Shown here piece by piece: positions 60,950 to 64,000 of a stretch of 64,000 nt of DNA. Source of the stretch: Hypanus sabinus (taxonomy: Eukaryota); NCBI RefSeq assembly GCF_030144855.1, contig NC_082731.1, positions 31,992,001 to 32,056,000 of the forward strand. Direction: 5' to 3'. Made by a program: the position numbers and the translations under genes. The notes beneath the pieces are model-generated. The model was not told the DNA's origin. It ran no database searches and saw only the letters and a list, made by a program, of their open reading frames with translations. Each line of letters begins with the position of its first letter. The stretch's first letter is position 1.

Positions 60950-62160
60950 ACTGATAACAAATTGTTTTATCCCCCTCGCTCACTGATAACAAATCGTTCT
61001 ATCCCTCCTCCCTGATAAGAATGTTCTATCCCCCTCTCTCACTGATAAGAGTGTTCTATCCCCCTCTCTCACTGATAAGAGTGTTCTATCCCCCTCTCTC
61101 ACTGATAAGAGTGTTCTATCCCCCTCTCTCACTGATAAGAGTGTTCTATCCCCCTCTCTCCCTGATAAGTGTTCTATCTCCCTCCCTCACTGATAAGTGT
61201 TCTATCCCCCTCTCTCACTGATAAGAGTGTTCTATCCCCCTCTCTCACTGATAAGAGTGTTCTATCCCCCTCTCTCCCTGATAAGTGTTCTATCTCCCTC
61301 CCTCACTGATAAGTGTTCTATCCCCCTCTCTCACTGATAAGAGTGTTCTATCCCCCTCTCTCACTGATAAGAGTGTTCTATCCCCCTCTCTCACTGATAA
61401 GAGTGTTCTATCCCCCTCTCTCACTGATAAGAGTGTTCTATCCCCCTCTCTCCCTGATAAGAGAGTTCTATCCCCCTCTCTCACTGATAAGAGTGTTCTA
61501 TCCCCCTCTCTCCCTGATAAGAGAGTTCTATCCCCCTCTCTCCCTGATGAGAGTTCTATCCCCCTCTCTCACTGATAAGAGTGTTCTATCCCCCTCTCTC
61601 ACTGATAAGAGTGTTCTATCCCCCCTCTCACTGATAAGTCCGATCACCCTCTCTCACTGATGTGTGTTCTATCCCCCTCTCTCACTGATGTGTGTTCTAT
61701 CCCCCTCTCTCACTGATAAGTGTTCTATCCCCCTCTCTCACTGATAAGAGTGTTCTATCCCCCTCTCTCCCTGATAAGAGAGTTCTATCCCCCTCTCACT
61801 GATAAGTGTTCTATCCCCCTCTCTCACTGATAAGAGTGTTCTATCCCCCTCTCTCACTGATAAGTGTTCTATCCCCCTCTCTCACTGATAAGTCCGATCA
61901 CCCTCTCTCACTGATGTGTGTTCTATCCCCCTCTCTCACTGATAAGTGTTCTATCCCCCTCTCTCACTGATAAGAGTGTTCTATCCCCCTCTCTCACTGA
62001 TAAGTGTTCTATCCCCCTCTCTCCCTGATAAGTGTTCTTTCCCCCTCTCTCACTGATAAGAGTGTTCTATCCCCCTCTCTCACTGATAAGAGTGTTCTAT
62101 CCCCCTCTCTCACTGATAAGAGTGTTCTATCCCTCTCTCTCACTGATCAGAGTGTTCTAT
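60950..62160. repeat. 28-30 bp minisatellite (ctgataagagtgttctatccccctctctca), ~40 copies, most carrying TGATAA
   Basis: Visible tandem units; copy number estimated from length. The array abuts the exon 2 donor. Confidence 0.96.
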
Positions 62161-62173
62161 CCCACTCTCTCAC

Positions 62174-62383
62174 CGACAACAAGGTGTTCTGGATGGCAAG
62201 CGAGTCAGTGGGCAGAAGCAGAGCCTGGTTGGAGAGGTGCTCGAGCAGCCGCTTCTCGAGGAGGGGGTCGACCTTCTCGTCCTGGTCCAAGGCCACTCGG
62301 TTTGCTGGGTGGTAGAGCAGCGGGCAGGACTGGGCTGTCCCTACGGAGGCCTGCACCCACCCCCTGAACAGTCTCCATCTGGC
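62174..62383 (-). pseudogene. METTL3: METTL3 exon 2, probably frameshifted
   Basis: Acceptor cctttgcctccgcag. The 5' part reads ..GLRRDSPV.. in one frame and the 3' part DPLLEKRLLEHLSNQALLLPTDSLAI in another. At 210 nt it does not fit the phase 1-to-0 exon I recall for human METTL3. Confidence 0.8.
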
Positions 62384-63545
62384 CTGCGGAGGCAAAGGCA
62401 AGCAGTGGATGAGTGGGGTGTGTATCTAGGTGACCCCACCCCCACCCAGGTCACTCCTGAGAGGGGCCACCATCTATGCCACCTCATCACGGTCCAACAG
62501 GATGCAGACATGCCCTTTGGCCCAACCAATCCATGCCATCCAGTAACAAGAGCACACACGTATGTCTTAAGATCATTCTTCCCCTTCTTGTGAGCTGTCC
62601 AGTCTGCCCCTGCAGACTCCCCCGTCCTCAGTCCCACCACTGTGGCCTCTGACACTCTGCACACCTGACTCCATAACCCAACACTGTCCTCGACCTCCCG
62701 TGTTACCCACACACTCTGCCTCAGCCTGAGGGAACCGCTGTCTCTAACTGGGGCAAACTCCTGCTCGGTGTCACGGTCCAGCCGTCCACTCACACCTTTC
62801 CACCGGCCACAGAGAGCACGGATTCAGGCCCTTTGGCCCCTCTAGTCCATGCTGACCACAGGCCCGCCCGGCTAGTCTCAACGCTCTGCATTCAGCTCAT
62901 CATCCCTGAAGCCCCATCTCTCCATGTCCCTGCCCAAGTGCTTCAAATGACATTGTTATCCCTGTCTGAATTCCTCCTCTGGCAGCGCTTTCCATAAACT
63001 CAAATGGAAATGTTGTCCCTCCCTCCCTAAATCTCTGCCTTCTAGATCTGGACTCCCCTGCCCTGAGGAAGTTACGGTTGCTGTCCATCTCATCATTTTA
63101 AACATTTCTCTATGGGTGTCCCCTGTTCTCCTACGTTCCACTGCATGAAGATCTTGCCTGGCCAACCTCTGGACCTGGTAACCTCCTCGTAAATCTTCTC
63201 TGCCCTCTTTCCAGGTCAGCCATGTTCTTCCAAAACTGTACACAGTACTGCAAGTGTGGCCTCGCCAGTGCCTTATAGCCATATAACAATTACAGCACAG
63301 AAACAGGCCACCTCGGCCCTTCTAGTCCATGCCGAACGCTTACTCTCACCTGGTCCCACCTACCCGCACTCAGCCCATAACCCTCCATTCCTTTCCTGTC
63401 CATATACCTATCTATTTCTTAAAAATGACAATATTGAACCTGCCTCTCCACTTCTACTGGAGGCACATTTCACACAGCTGCCACTCTCTGAGTAAAGAAG
63501 CCCCCCCTCGTGCTACCCCTAAACTTTTGCCCATTGACTCTCAAC

Positions 63546-63819
63546 TCATGTCCTTGTTTGAATCTCCCCTACTCTCAATGGAAAAAGCCTATCCATGTCA
63601 ACTCCATCTATCCCCCTCATAATTTTAAATACCTCTATCAAGTCCCCCCTCAACCTTCTACGCTCCAAAGAATAAAGACCTAACTTGTTCAACCTTTCTC
63701 TGTAACTTAGGTGCTGAAACCCAGGTAACATTCTAGTAAATCTCCTCTGTACTCTCTCTATTTTGTTGACATCTTTCCTATAATTCAGTGACCAGAACTG
63801 TACACAATACAATGCCTTG
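63546..63819 (-). mobile_element. CR1 LINE 3' fragment
   Basis: YCVQFWSLNYRKDVNKIERVQRRFTRMLPG...RRRLRGDLIEVFKIM. Confidence 0.88.
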
Positions 63820-64000
63820 TACAAACCCTATTTCTAGAAAAGTTGGGATATTTTCCAAAATGCAATAAAAACAAAAATCTGTGATGTTAATTCACGTGAG
63901 CCTTTATTTAACTGACAAAAGTACAAAGAAAAGATTTTCAATAGTTTTACTGACCAACTTAGTTGTATTTTGTAAATATACACAAATTTAGAATTTGACA
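63820..64000 (+). mobile_element. Probable end of a Tc1/mariner DNA transposon interrupting the CR1, running off the window
   Basis: Abrupt switch to AT-rich sequence beginning TAcaaaccctatttctagaaaagttggga, which resembles fish Tc1 TIRs (TACAACCCCAATTCCAAAAAAGTTGGGAC, from memory). Confidence 0.55.

Larger units (their letters stand above)
45723..62383 (-). pseudogene. METTL3: Unprocessed (intron-containing) METTL3 pseudogene, exons 2-6 and 8-10; exon 1 presumably beyond the window
   Basis: Eight exons with METTL3-specific peptides in the correct order. Stops at 57829-57831 (TAG), 53595-53597 (TGA) and 51497-51499 (TAA); DPPW changed to DPPPR. Confidence 0.92.

Overview
Eukaryotic genomic DNA, most likely from a cartilaginous fish. 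This is inferred from the CR1/L1/Rex-like LINE repertoire and intron-exon style; no database search was run. The window holds two genic systems in a dense background of LINEs and GC-rich minisatellites. (1) On the + strand (9.8-17.7 kb) is the 3' part of an apparently intact immunoglobulin-superfamily type-I membrane receptor. It has one unique Ig-constant-like C1-set exon, four near-identical tandemly duplicated C1-set exons (318 nt each, all phase 1-1), and a transmembrane exon with a stalk Cys, no charged TM residue and no classical IgH/TCR TM motif. No leader, V, D or J exon could be identified. (2) On the - strand (45.7-62.4 kb) is an intron-containing METTL3 (m6A writer) pseudogene. Exons 2-6 and 8-10 are recognisable, with three in-frame stops, a destroyed DPPW catalytic motif, a likely frameshift in exon 2 and no detectable exon 7. 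A second partial METTL3 copy (exon 8) lies at 2.8 kb, left of a 200-N gap. Between the two systems is a ~17 kb nest of elements: one host CR1 interrupted by a TIR element, two more CR1s and a full-length L1 with a target-site duplication. All coordinates were read by eye. Exon boundaries were checked against GT/AG and frame; repeat-element boundaries are approximate.
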